In this document: positions 1-10,108 of the stretch, in pieces
Numbering within the stretch: the first letter of the stretch is position 1
How the letters are laid out: every line of letters starts with the position of its first letter
Virus record (IMG/VR): IMGVR_UViG_3300036770_006893
Coordinates: 62,001 to 126,000 of that record
Length of the DNA stretch: 64,000 nt
Reading direction: 5' to 3' (one strand)
Position numbers and translations under genes: made by a program
Notes under the pieces: model-generated
What the model was told of the DNA's origin: nothing
The model's input: only the letters and a program-made list of their open reading frames with translations
Databases searched by the model: none

Positions 1-2574
1 TATGATTCAGCAACAGATTATTGGGTTCCGTCTAGTAGCGGAAATTTTACTAATCTAAATATTAATGGAAATCAAATTCCAATCGGTAGTGGTCTAGCTA
101 ATCATATAGCTTATTGGAATAGTTCTAGCGGTTTAGTTGCTGATAGTGGTCAGCTTTATTGGGATAGTTCTAATAATAGATTGGGTATAGGAATAGATAA
201 TCCAACAAGTAAATTAGAGGTTGGTGGATCAGCAAGAGTTAGTGGGGTTCTTAGCTTATACGATGATGGTGTTTCTGCTTGGAAAAATATAACAGCGGCC
301 AGCAACAACTTAACTTTTGATGGTGTGCATGGTATTTTTGGATTCAGCATAGGCTTAAGAGGAAGTCGCGGTTCCGCTTGTGGAATGGAGAGCAACGCCA
401 CAAATGGATATTTAGCATTAGCTGCTGGAGGAAGTGAAAGAGTTAGAATAGCCACAGATGGTAAAGTCGGCATTGGGACCACGAGTCCATCACACTCATT
501 TCACGTTTCTGGCAGTGGCTTAGTCACAAACGGCTTTTATACAAACCATATTAATGTAAACAACTCTGTACTAACCTCTGCTAATGGCGCATTAGTTGTG
601 AACGGAGTGATTACCACCCAGGGTAGTTCTGTTAGAGGCTCAGATTTTTCTATCTATGGAGATAACAATACTAGAATTTATAAACCCAATGGGTCTACAT
701 TAGCAAGCAGCGTTTCTAACTCAGAATATAAACATTCTTTTGGTTTTAATTCTCTCGGTACGCATTATGATTGGGCAACTATCAATAGTACCGGATTGGG
801 AATAGGAACAACCAGTCCCACAACAGCCCTAGACGTTAGCGGAGTTATAACAGCAACCGGCGGAAATAGCACTGATTGGAATACTGCTTTTGGTTGGGGA
901 AATCACGCAATCGCCGGATATGCTCCATTAAATAGTCCAACTTTTACAGGAACACCATCCGCACCAACAGCAGCTAGTGGAACAAATACTACTCAAATTG
1001 CTACTACTGCATTTGTTAGAACAGAAATCACAAACCTAGTTGATTCGGCGCCAGGAACACTAGACACATTAAATGAATTAGCTGCGGCTCTTGGAGATGA
1101 TCCTAATTTTGCAACCACTGTGACTAACAACCTAGCGACAAAAGTTGCTGGTACAGGAACCACAAATAAAATTCCAAAGTGGGGCTCTTCTTCGGCTTTG
1201 ACAGATAGCATAATTACAGAGGCTAGTTCTGTGTTACAAATTGCTGGCTCAATACAAGGAGCTATTGATAACAACTATCTTAGCTTTGACGCAAATGCTA
1301 ATAGAGTTGGTATAACTAAAAAAGGTGGATTTTTTAGCAAATTTACTTACGGATCATCAGCCGAGTTTGCTATTGCCCAGTCTAACTCTACAGACATTTT
1401 ACCAACAGGAACCTTCACAGACAGATTTATCATTACATCGAATGGTACTATTAGATTCCCTGGGTTGACCAGTAATGGGTTTTTAAAAACTGGTAGTAGT
1501 AATGGTACTTTGAGTGTTGATACAACATCATACCAGCCATTGTTAACAAATCCGGTTACAGGATCAGGAACAACAAATTATGTTAGTAAATGGACAAGCA
1601 GTTCATCCCAGGGAAATAGTATAATATCCGATGATGGAGTTACCTGCGCCATAGGAACTGCTGGAGGAACAAGAGTTCAAATAGCAGGAATTGGTGGGGC
1701 CAATGCTGTTAGTGAATATTTTTCTACTCAATCTAACCCTAGATGGCAAATAGGTAGGGATTTGTTAGGAGGAGGATTGGCAGGTATAGGTTTTGGTATA
1801 GGAACTTCTACTATTGCTGCTGGTGGTGTTGCTATAGGATATGCTGCTAGTAGAGAAATGGGTTTTTACACATCCAACGGATCATCTCTTGTAGAAAGAA
1901 TGAGAATAGACGATGCTGGAAATATTGGGATAGGTACCTCTAACCCAACCGTCAAATTAGATATAGAAGGAAAGGGCAAATTTGGAGAACCAGGATATTA
2001 TGTATATATTGGCAATGATAATCTTGGAAGCGATTTGGGGATATCAACTGCAACTGAATATATAGCAGTTAAAATGTCCGATGGTAAATTCAGATACGGA
2101 GGAGATGGCGGGTCTAACATTGGTATAGTAATCGACTCGACTTATAAAGTCGGTATAGGTACAGACTCTCCAGAATATAAGCTTCAAGTAAACGGTAGTT
2201 TTGGCGCCACAACCAAGAGTTTCCGTATAGATCATCCAAGCAAGCCGAATTATAGTCTAGAATATGGAAGTTTAGAAAGTCCGTATCATGGAGTTCGTTT
2301 AACTGGTCGCGGTAAGATTACTAGAGGAATAGGAGTGGTTGAATTGCCATTCTACCTCAAAGATCTAATTCACAACGACGACACTATAAATATTCAGCTA
2401 ACAAACTATAAGCACGGTAAAACTCTTTATGTTAGCGATATTGATTTAACTAATGATCGATTCACAGTCAAGGCGGATAGAGCCAAAACCCTTGGAGATC
2501 TAGAATTCTTTTGGACTCTAACGGGGGTTCGTAAAGATGTGGATCACCTAGTAGTAGAAAAGGAAAAAATATGA
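1..2574 (+). CDS. Tail fibre protein, 5'-truncated by the window edge
   Basis: Frame 1 is open from base 1 (YDSATDYWVPSSSG...), so the listed 181 start is internal. It has repeated 'GIGTxxP' fibre motifs and a P2-gpH-like fibre block (YAPLNSPTFTGTP...LDTLNELAAALGDDPNFATT). The C-terminal KSFRIDHP...LESP...FFW domain is of the kind ending many phage fibres (possible chaperone-like domain). Confidence 0.85.
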   Translation, partial: YDSATDYWVPSSSGNFTNLNINGNQIPIGSGLANHIAYWNSSSGLVADSGQLYWDSSNNRLGIGIDNPTSKLEVGGSARVSGVLSLYDDGVSAWKNITAASNNLTFDGVHGIFGFSIGLRGSRGSACGMESNATNGYLALAAGGSERVRIATDGKVGIGTTSPSHSFHVSGSGLVTNGFYTNHINVNNSVLTSANGALVVNGVITTQGSSVRGSDFSIYGDNNTRIYKPNGSTLASSVSNSEYKHSFGFNSLGTHYDWATINSTGLGIGTTSPTTALDVSGVITATGGNSTDWNTAFGWGNHAIAGYAPLNSPTFTGTPSAPTAASGTNTTQIATTAFVRTEITNLVDSAPGTLDTLNELAAALGDDPNFATTVTNNLATKVAGTGTTNKIPKWGSSSALTDSIITEASSVLQIAGSIQGAIDNNYLSFDANANRVGITKKGGFFSKFTYGSSAEFAIAQSNSTDILPTGTFTDRFIITSNGTIRFPGLTSNGFLKTGSSNGTLSVDTTSYQPLLTNPVTGSGTTNYVSKWTSSSSQGNSIISDDGVTCAIGTAGGTRVQIAGIGGANAVSEYFSTQSNPRWQIGRDLLGGGLAGIGFGIGTSTIAAGGVAIGYAASREMGFYTSNGSSLVERMRIDDAGNIGIGTSNPTVKLDIEGKGKFGEPGYYVYIGNDNLGSDLGISTATEYIAVKMSDGKFRYGGDGGSNIGIVIDSTYKVGIGTDSPEYKLQVNGSFGATTKSFRIDHPSKPNYSLEYGSLESPYHGVRLTGRGKITRGIGVVELPFYLKDLIHNDDTINIQLTNYKHGKTLYVSDIDLTNDRFTVKADRAKTLGDLEFFWTLTGVRKDVDHLVVEKEKI

Positions 2575-2756
2575 TAATTTATGTAAATATTGATAAAACT
2601 ACTGGACAAATAACCGTAAACAATGATTTATATCCAGATACTGATGTGGTACAATTCAACCCTAATACTTTAGAACAAACAGATAGCGAAACTAAATTTG
2701 AAATAGCTTTTAATGTTAGTAGTTTCCAAAATCATGAAAATCCAAGAGAATTTTAA
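2571..2756 (+). CDS. Small hypothetical protein
   Basis: 61 aa, ATGA overlap with the upstream stop, AAGGA ribosome-binding-like site, next gene starts immediately after. Confidence 0.6.
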   Translation: MIIYVNIDKTTGQITVNNDLYPDTDVVQFNPNTLEQTDSETKFEIAFNVSSFQNHENPREF

Positions 2757-5288
2757 ATGGCTATAAGAACTAGTACACAAAGCGGCAATTTTAATAGTAC
2801 CACTACATGGGGAGGTAATCCTGTTCCTGTTGATGGAGATAGCTTTATTGTTGCTCCTGGACACATTGTTACTATTGACGATGACAGACGCACAACCAAT
2901 GGATTTAATGACAGCGATATTGACGGTAAGTTACATATCACCGGAACAGGCAAGTTACGAATGAACGGTATATTGCTGATAGACAATCCAAGCAACTCTA
3001 ACAATTCTTTCACAGAGGGAGTAACTAGTGCGGGATTTTTTAGAATGGATCCTGGCGCTGTGTTAGAGATCAAGGGCACAAACGCAGATCAGCACAGATT
3101 AGAAATAAATAATGCACAAAGATTAACCTGTGAAATTATAGGAGACAATCCAAATCCTCAGACTACTCTGTTGGCAGATGCTGATAGTAATTCGATATCA
3201 TTGTCTGTAAATGATGCCAGCCAATTTGCTGCTGGAGACTGGATAACCGTATACAAAGAAGAAAGACCCGGAAAAAGTTGGATCTATTATAAAACAGACG
3301 AAGGAATGTGGGTACATGACGTAGATTACCCTAATGATGTTATATATTTGCGACAGTTTGTTAGTCCTCAATCGACTATAGTTAGCACTAGCGGGTCTGT
3401 GGCTGTCGTTAACGATTCTAGTGTGTTTAGAGTTGGTCATAAGCTAATTTTTGGTACAGGGAATAATCGTAACATACTAACTGTCACAAATATTAATTAT
3501 GCTACTAATACCATAACTTTTGATTCTAATATCACCGGTTCAGTTGTAGGATCGGACATGTATCAAACCGGTACAGAAAAAGGACATTTTAGCGGAGACA
3601 ATGTTTTAAGAATATCTGCCACATTAACAGCTGACAGCAACGCTGGATCAAATGTTGTGTCTGTTAATAATATTAATGGATTTAATATTGGTGATATGAT
3701 ACTAATTCCAAATAATGATCCTAATTATACAGCAACATGGGACAGAGTTTGTGATTATACCATAACTAATATTGATACACAAAATAAAACCATAACTATC
3801 GGAGCAGGATACACGAGTTCTTCCCAAACAACGTTGTTAGACAATGTTAAGTCGGGTGGTCTGGTTGTAAATATATCTAGAAACACTAAGGTTATAGCTC
3901 CTGAAGGAACCAGTTATGGAGATGATCAGTGTTCTTTTATTTGGGCTGAGCGCACTAGTAATTTTAACTATACAAGAAGAATCAAAATCAAAAACACATT
4001 GATAAATTTAGGCTCTAATACTAATAGTAATAACTTTGGTTGTATTGGAATAAATGGCGGCAATAGTTTTGACTTAGTTTCTGGTGGTCAGTATACTTTT
4101 GAATTTGAGGGAAATGTTATTTATCCTGTTCGACGACAAACTTATAGTAATAGTGGCTTATTATGGGAACAGCATCAACAAAATTATCGCAACAATATAA
4201 GCTACAATGGAAATAGTCACGGAGGATTTTATTGCTTAGGCAATAATATGGGATGGTTTAATAATCTTATGATTAGATGTCTTGTTGGTTGGCAAACCGC
4301 AGGATTTTATGAGCCGGCTACACATATGGAATATAATTATGCTATTAGAACAGATACTTGCTATGGAGGATCTCAATGGAGGGAGCCTCAAGTATTTTTA
4401 CGCCAATGTTACGGATTATTTAATACCGGAAGACCATTTGGTATGACTTATCGTGGTGGTATATGGAAAATCAGTAAATGTTACTTTAATTATTATAGAT
4501 ATAATGACATCTACTCTGATAGGGGTTTTACTACGCATATAGACAATTCTTATATGGGTAATGATTGGGATGTTACCGGTGAAAATTCATCAATCTTTTA
4601 TAATGACAGTATAGATACTGCACGCTTAGATATTCATCGAATAGAAAGAGGAGACGCTACATCTGGGTTATGGCTAGTTACTAGTCGTAACTTTAAATAT
4701 AATGAAATTATGATGGGTAATTCACTAGCTATAAAATATTATGATTTTAGCGAAAAATCTTGGAGAATACTGCCAGACAGAGATGGAGGTGCGTTATTTA
4801 TGGGAATATATGATACAGTATTTGTGCCAGCTAATAGTCAAGTATTTATAAAAGCTACAATCAAGATGTTTCCTAACAATACCAATTATCCCTATATTTA
4901 TGCTCACAGAATTTTAGATTATTGGGCCGGACAGTACCACAACCTGAACGAAACTACGCTATCTCCCGATAGTCAATATGTAAATGAAGGAATTGGATTT
5001 AGGGACGCTAGCACAAGATTTACTAGCTCAAGTACCAGCAACTATGAAACTAAGACGCTAACACTACCACCCCAATCCTTCAACTATTTGCTCAATATTG
5101 GGGTAATGTGTAATGGAGGCCTTGGTGGAAATTATCGTTTGGGTTGGTGGGAAAAAGATTTAGATATCGCCATATCTAATCCCGACTATATGAATCTACC
5201 ACCAAATATTTTGAACATTACTACCAGTAGATCTATTCCTAGGGTCAGAGCAACCATGAATCAACTTAAAACAATATTAGGTGGATAA
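2757..5288 (+). CDS. Virion/tail-associated protein with G8-like N-terminus and probable beta-helix
   Basis: The N-terminus (SGNFNSTTTWGGNPVPVDGDSFIVAPGHIVTID) resembles G8-type starts. It has three SVNxxxxFxxGDxI-like repeats and an Asn/Tyr/Gly-rich central region, and lies in the fibre cluster. Confidence 0.55.
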   Translation: MAIRTSTQSGNFNSTTTWGGNPVPVDGDSFIVAPGHIVTIDDDRRTTNGFNDSDIDGKLHITGTGKLRMNGILLIDNPSNSNNSFTEGVTSAGFFRMDPGAVLEIKGTNADQHRLEINNAQRLTCEIIGDNPNPQTTLLADADSNSISLSVNDASQFAAGDWITVYKEERPGKSWIYYKTDEGMWVHDVDYPNDVIYLRQFVSPQSTIVSTSGSVAVVNDSSVFRVGHKLIFGTGNNRNILTVTNINYATNTITFDSNITGSVVGSDMYQTGTEKGHFSGDNVLRISATLTADSNAGSNVVSVNNINGFNIGDMILIPNNDPNYTATWDRVCDYTITNIDTQNKTITIGAGYTSSSQTTLLDNVKSGGLVVNISRNTKVIAPEGTSYGDDQCSFIWAERTSNFNYTRRIKIKNTLINLGSNTNSNNFGCIGINGGNSFDLVSGGQYTFEFEGNVIYPVRRQTYSNSGLLWEQHQQNYRNNISYNGNSHGGFYCLGNNMGWFNNLMIRCLVGWQTAGFYEPATHMEYNYAIRTDTCYGGSQWREPQVFLRQCYGLFNTGRPFGMTYRGGIWKISKCYFNYYRYNDIYSDRGFTTHIDNSYMGNDWDVTGENSSIFYNDSIDTARLDIHRIERGDATSGLWLVTSRNFKYNEIMMGNSLAIKYYDFSEKSWRILPDRDGGALFMGIYDTVFVPANSQVFIKATIKMFPNNTNYPYIYAHRILDYWAGQYHNLNETTLSPDSQYVNEGIGFRDASTRFTSSSTSNYETKTLTLPPQSFNYLLNIGVMCNGGLGGNYRLGWWEKDLDIAISNPDYMNLPPNILNITTSRSIPRVRATMNQLKTILGG

Positions 5289-5289
5289 T

Positions 5290-7173
5290 ATGAGCGATAT
5301 TATTATAACTCCATCTGGCGGAACTATTGACTTCTATCAAGACAAAGGAGCTAGTAGTTTAGCCAAAATAGAGCTAACAAATAGTAATGATTTGGCTTTG
5401 TCTGCTATAAGTGGTAATCTTATTATTGGAGATGCTAGCAGAGATGTTTATATTGGAGATGGAGTTAATGAAGTAGATATAGTATTCGAACAAAACGGAG
5501 AGATAAGATCTTTACCTAATAAGTATATTGGTATTACTGCCGGGCAAATTAATGCAACAGGAGTTAGTGTTAACGGCACTTCGGTGAGCGTTATTGGTCA
5601 TACACATACCTCATCAAATATCACAGATTTCAATTCTAGTGTCAGCGGATTGTTTCCAACTATAGCTAATAGCGGAGATAATCGTATTCTTACCAGCACA
5701 GGATCAACTGTTGGTATCAATGCTGAAAGCAATTTAACTTTCGATAGCTCCGCTCTTGTATTAACCGGTAACTTGAGACTGGGTACTGAAGCAAATAAAG
5801 CAACATTAACTTATACAACAAATGCTCCTAGAGCTTATACTATACCAAATGTTGGAGAAGATGCTAGTTTTGTTATGACCGGCGGCAGTCAAACAATTGG
5901 CGGAGTAAAAACATTTAGTTCTCAAGTAGTTAATACTGCTGGCAATAGTACAACAACAGGTGGGGGCCAAATATATCTCAATGGAGCAACAGGTAATAGA
6001 ATCGATTTTAATACCAATGGAGTAGCCGCTCCGTCTTTTATAACAAGAAGTGCTGGCACTAAAGTAGTATTATATCCACAATTGTCCTCTAATACTGTGG
6101 ATTATGCTTTAGGAATAGAGGGTAACACATTCTGGTCATCTGTTCCAAACAATACCAATACTCAATTCAGGTGGTATGGAGGAACAACAAACATCGCAAC
6201 ATTAACTGGTCCTGGAGTATTTACTATTGCTGGAAGTACTAGTCAAATTAATGTTGATAATTTGCGCTTAGATGGAAATACACTTAGTTCCACCAATACC
6301 AATGGAGGCATAATAGTTGAAACCAATGGAACCGGAGCCTTGCAAAGAGATTCTGGAGGCAATTCTAGGGGCCAATATGCTGTTGATTTACAAAATGTTA
6401 GATCAACTGGTACGATGGTTGCGGCTGGCGATTATAGTGTTATTGGCGGCGGACAAAATAATACCGCTACAAGCTATGGTGTTGTATGTGGAGGTAGTAA
6501 TAATAGCGTTATTGGAAATAATGGGTTTGTAGGAGGAGGAACAAGTAATTCTATTACAGACGGTGGGGCTGTTTCTATAGTTGGTGGATTAGGTAACACA
6601 TCTAGTTCATACTATTCATCCATAGGAGGAGGTTTCTATAACACAGGTAGTGGATATTGCAGTACTATTCCCGGCGGAATGCAAGCAAAAGCATCAAGAC
6701 ACGGAGAATTATCTCATTCTGCCGGCATGTTTACAAATAATGGAGATGCTCAACACACAATCCTAATAGCAAGAAGGTTAACCACAACCGACACTGCTCA
6801 ACTCTTATATCTGGACGGAAACTCCTCAAAAATTACTCTTCCTACACCCAGCTCAACTTTTGATGGTACTATGTGGAATTTTGATGTTAAATTAAGTGCC
6901 TATGGTTCTAGCGCATTTGGTATTAATCAACAAGCTTGTGGATATTGGACTTTTAGAGGAGCTATAGCCAGATCTACTCTTGGAGGCACTAGATTCATAG
7001 GTTCTGTGATTAATGAAAATAACGTAGAGCAAGGTTTTATAGGAGCGGACGCAAGTATAATAGCGAATAATACCGATGGTTCTTTAGATATATCCGTAAC
7101 AGGAAAACTCTTTTGGACCATACGCTGGGTTGCTACTATAGATATTAGTCAGGTGATCAACGGTAATATATAA
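5290..7173 (+). CDS. Tail fibre/adhesin-like protein with Gly-rich GGxxN repeats
   Basis: ATG at 5290 directly follows the upstream TAA (the track start 5281 is GTG inside the previous gene). About six 14-15-aa GG-x-x-N repeats; C-terminal half is paralogous to 8373-9485. Confidence 0.7.
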   Translation: MSDIIITPSGGTIDFYQDKGASSLAKIELTNSNDLALSAISGNLIIGDASRDVYIGDGVNEVDIVFEQNGEIRSLPNKYIGITAGQINATGVSVNGTSVSVIGHTHTSSNITDFNSSVSGLFPTIANSGDNRILTSTGSTVGINAESNLTFDSSALVLTGNLRLGTEANKATLTYTTNAPRAYTIPNVGEDASFVMTGGSQTIGGVKTFSSQVVNTAGNSTTTGGGQIYLNGATGNRIDFNTNGVAAPSFITRSAGTKVVLYPQLSSNTVDYALGIEGNTFWSSVPNNTNTQFRWYGGTTNIATLTGPGVFTIAGSTSQINVDNLRLDGNTLSSTNTNGGIIVETNGTGALQRDSGGNSRGQYAVDLQNVRSTGTMVAAGDYSVIGGGQNNTATSYGVVCGGSNNSVIGNNGFVGGGTSNSITDGGAVSIVGGLGNTSSSYYSSIGGGFYNTGSGYCSTIPGGMQAKASRHGELSHSAGMFTNNGDAQHTILIARRLTTTDTAQLLYLDGNSSKITLPTPSSTFDGTMWNFDVKLSAYGSSAFGINQQACGYWTFRGAIARSTLGGTRFIGSVINENNVEQGFIGADASIIANNTDGSLDISVTGKLFWTIRWVATIDISQVINGNI

Positions 7174-7194
7174 AATTTTTACCAAAGGAAAAAT

Positions 7195-7995
7195 ATGAAA
7201 AATTTCTTTTTTATTAGCGGACTTCCACGTTCCGGCAGCACACTGCTTTGCAATATATTGGCCCAAAATGATAACCTATTTGTTAGTAAAGCAACTAGCG
7301 GATGTCATGATATTTTATTTAACGTCAGGAATCAATGGGATAAATTAATCGAGCATCAAGCAGAGGGCGTTAATTACAATCAGCTAAAGCGAGTGCTACA
7401 ACACATACTAAATAGCTATCATTCTACAGAAAAAAATAATATTGTAGATAAGGGAAGAGGATGGTTAAGCCTTATAGAAATGACTGAATTTATTCTGGGA
7501 TATGTTCCAAAAATTATTGTCCCAGTGCGAAACGTTAACGAAATACTAGCAAGTTTTGAAAAATTGTGGAGAAATAGCACTGGTCAAAGTCAATGGCTCT
7601 TTGAGCAAAACGACTATTTCAAAGCTCAAACAATGGAGGGGCGTTGTGATATATGGGCTAATAATTCTCAGCCAGTTGGCTTGGCTTTTAATCGTGTAAA
7701 AGATGCCATAGATCGCGGATTCAAAGATAGGCTATTATTTGTAGAGTTTGACGAGTTAACATCTCAACCCTTTCAAACTATGAAAAAGGTGTATAATTAT
7801 TTAGAACTACCATATTTTGAGCATAATTTTAACAATGTTGAACAATACACAAAAGAAGACGACGAAGGAATACATAGGATCCCAAATTTACATAGTATTC
7901 GTCCTAAAGTAGCTCCCGTACCACATGTTAGCAAACAAATCTTGGGAGAATTTTTAACACAAAAGTATAGTAACCTAGAACTATGGAGAAATTAA
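7195..7995 (+). CDS. Sulfotransferase family protein (P-loop, PAPS-dependent)
   Basis: 5'-phosphosulfate-binding loop FISGLPRSGSTLL, a DK motif, 3'-PB-like VRNVNEILASFEKL, and FVEFDELTSQP...KKVYNYLEL typical of Sulfotransfer_3-type proteins. Confidence 0.85.
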   Translation: MKNFFFISGLPRSGSTLLCNILAQNDNLFVSKATSGCHDILFNVRNQWDKLIEHQAEGVNYNQLKRVLQHILNSYHSTEKNNIVDKGRGWLSLIEMTEFILGYVPKIIVPVRNVNEILASFEKLWRNSTGQSQWLFEQNDYFKAQTMEGRCDIWANNSQPVGLAFNRVKDAIDRGFKDRLLFVEFDELTSQPFQTMKKVYNYLELPYFEHNFNNVEQYTKEDDEGIHRIPNLHSIRPKVAPVPHVSKQILGEFLTQKYSNLELWRN

Positions 7996-7996
7996 A

Positions 7997-8362
7997 ATGA
8001 GCATATTAGATCGTAATGATGTTCCTAATGCTGTACCGCCAGCAAAAATAGCTGCTGACAGACTAATAAATCAGACAAGAATGACTTATCAACAAATGGT
8101 TCAAGCTTTCAATCAGGGATCAAGAATTTTCTGGGCAAATGGTTTGGGCGCTAGTTCATCGGATATTGCTGCTGAATTAGGAACCGACGCTAGAGAAGTT
8201 TTTGAACTGCACTATAAACTTGGCCAATTAATTGCTAGCGTTAAACCAGAAGCAATTCTTGAAGGCAATTCTTTGGTTGGGAATTTTACTATGAATGAAG
8301 ACGGCACCGTAACAATTATCGACCCTATTTCGGAAGATAATCCAGCTACTCCCACAGAATAA
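7997..8362 (+). CDS. Hypothetical protein, possibly fibre-associated
   Basis: 121 aa, tightly packed between the sulfotransferase and a fibre-like gene. Confidence 0.55.
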   Translation: MSILDRNDVPNAVPPAKIAADRLINQTRMTYQQMVQAFNQGSRIFWANGLGASSSDIAAELGTDAREVFELHYKLGQLIASVKPEAILEGNSLVGNFTMNEDGTVTIIDPISEDNPATPTE

Positions 8363-8372
8363 AGGTTAGTTT

Positions 8373-9485
8373 ATGGCCATCGACTATGGATCAAATTCAT
8401 TAACCACCATCTCATCGGTAACAGCTGCTAATGTGAGGTTATCTGGAAATGGTATTTCAGTACTAAATACCAATGGAAATCTCGTAATTCAAAGCAATGG
8501 GAGCGGTGCTTTACAGAGAACCATTTCTGGAAATACAAGAGGATCACATGCTACTGATCTACAAGGCCACAGATCGAACAATGCGCAAGTTGCTAATGGC
8601 GTATTTTCATTTATAGGAGGAGGGGGTAATAATACAGCAAGCTCAACATATTCTTGCGTTGTTGGCGGATACGGTAATACATCTTCTACTGTTGGTGCAT
8701 CTGTAGCAGGAGGCAAGTATAATACTTCTAGTGGCCCGTATTCTTTTGTTGGTGGAGGAAGTAGTAATTTTGCTACTAATGTTGCTACTGTTTGTGCTGG
8801 AGGATTGGGTAATTCCAGTAGTGGGTCGTATTCTGTTGTGTGTGGAGGAGATTTTAATTCTAGTAGTGCATCAAGGAGCTGCGTTTTAGGAGGAGGTAAT
8901 AACGCCAGTTCGGGTTCAAGTTCAACAGTTTGCGGAGGCGTTTTTAATACCGCTAGTGCTAGCTATAGTTCTATTGGGGGTGGATCAAATAATTTAGCAA
9001 CCGGTAATCATAGCTGTGTTCCTGGGGGTTTGTCAGCAGTTGCTTCACGTACTGGCGAATTGGCTCATGCTGCCGGTCCTTTTAGTGAGAGCGGAGATGC
9101 TCAACATAGTATTTTTGTGTTACGAGGCAAAACAACTAGTGGGTCACAAACAACAACATTGGGCTTGGACGGAACCACAACAAGCAGACTAACAGTTGCT
9201 TCTGGATTTATACTATCTGGCACTATTAATATAGTTGGTAGTATAAGTACTGGCGCTAGTGTAGCTAGATATGTTCGTCAATTCACAATAAAAAATGTTG
9301 GTGGAACTACAAGTCTTGTAGGGTCGATTATAACATTGGGAACCGATGAAGCGGCTGGAACCACAATATCAATAACGGCGGATAATACCAATGATGCTCT
9401 TCAAATTAGTGTTACAAGAGCAGCTAGCGAAACGTGGAGATGGGTTGCCGTTGTAGATGCTGTGCAAATGAAATACGGATCATGA
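8373..9485 (+). CDS. Tail fibre/adhesin-like protein with ten 15-aa GGxxN repeats
   Basis: Ten tandem 15-aa units (FSFIGGGGNNTASST, YSCVVGGYGNTSSTV...) at 8604-9053, resembling beta-roll/YadA-head-like repeats; paralogous to 5290-7173. Confidence 0.7.
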   Translation: MAIDYGSNSLTTISSVTAANVRLSGNGISVLNTNGNLVIQSNGSGALQRTISGNTRGSHATDLQGHRSNNAQVANGVFSFIGGGGNNTASSTYSCVVGGYGNTSSTVGASVAGGKYNTSSGPYSFVGGGSSNFATNVATVCAGGLGNSSSGSYSVVCGGDFNSSSASRSCVLGGGNNASSGSSSTVCGGVFNTASASYSSIGGGSNNLATGNHSCVPGGLSAVASRTGELAHAAGPFSESGDAQHSIFVLRGKTTSGSQTTTLGLDGTTTSRLTVASGFILSGTINIVGSISTGASVARYVRQFTIKNVGGTTSLVGSIITLGTDEAAGTTISITADNTNDALQISVTRAASETWRWVAVVDAVQMKYGS

Positions 9486-9519
9486 TCATGCAATTAGGTA
9501 ATAATAGGCCTACTTATTG

Positions 9520-9530
9520 TTTTGGTGTAT
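9520..9530 (+). promoter_or_regulatory. Candidate phage late-promoter motif TTTTGGTGTAT
   Basis: Exact 11-mer in the 9486-9569 intergenic gap, repeated in the 13455-13535 gap. Confidence 0.4.
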
Positions 9531-9569
9531 CATTGTAATTACAGCACTTCTTATAAAGAAAGCAATATA

Positions 9570-10097
9570 ATGGCTAATACTTACTGGGATATAGAGATAC
9601 CAATTATTGTTAGAACCCTAATTAATGATATGGATAATAATCCAACATACAGTGATGATAGAATAAAACAACTCATAGTAGTATCTGCTAATTATGTTAT
9701 TCAAGACGCTATACTATCGACAAGCTACAGTATAGATACTGTTGCCGAAACCATATCCCCAGATCCAGCATCACCATCGTCTAGGGACGGTGTTTTTATT
9801 GGGTTATTGGCCTTAAAATCGGCATGTTTCTTAGATCAAAGCACATTTAGAACCAAAGCTATGCACGAAGGAATATCTGCTGCTTTAGGACCAGCAAGAC
9901 TAAGTGTTGGCGGCAGTCTACAGGGATATAAGACGCTATTGGAAATGGGTCCTTGCTCTATGTACGAAAAACTTATTATGAATAATAATATAGGAGATAT
10001 TAATAATGTAAGAGCAATACTTAGTCCGTTTGTTGGCAATAATTTTGATCCCAGATATCTGACCGGAAATACTTTAAGAGGTCGAGACTTTTACTAA
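9570..10097 (+). CDS. Probable head-tail connector/neck-type structural protein
   Basis: First ATG in frame is 9570 (MANTYWDIE; the track start 9522 is TTG). Helical N-terminus (IVRTLINDM...YSDDRIKQLI) and position ahead of the tail block suggest an adaptor; function inferred from synteny. Confidence 0.5.
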   Translation: MANTYWDIEIPIIVRTLINDMDNNPTYSDDRIKQLIVVSANYVIQDAILSTSYSIDTVAETISPDPASPSSRDGVFIGLLALKSACFLDQSTFRTKAMHEGISAALGPARLSVGGSLQGYKTLLEMGPCSMYEKLIMNNNIGDINNVRAILSPFVGNNFDPRYLTGNTLRGRDFY

Positions 10098-10108
10098 AAG
10101 GATAATTT

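Noticed and set aside
9505-9520. Possible hairpin AATAATAGGCCTACTTATT
   Set aside because: The stem is too AT-rich and imperfect to call a terminator.
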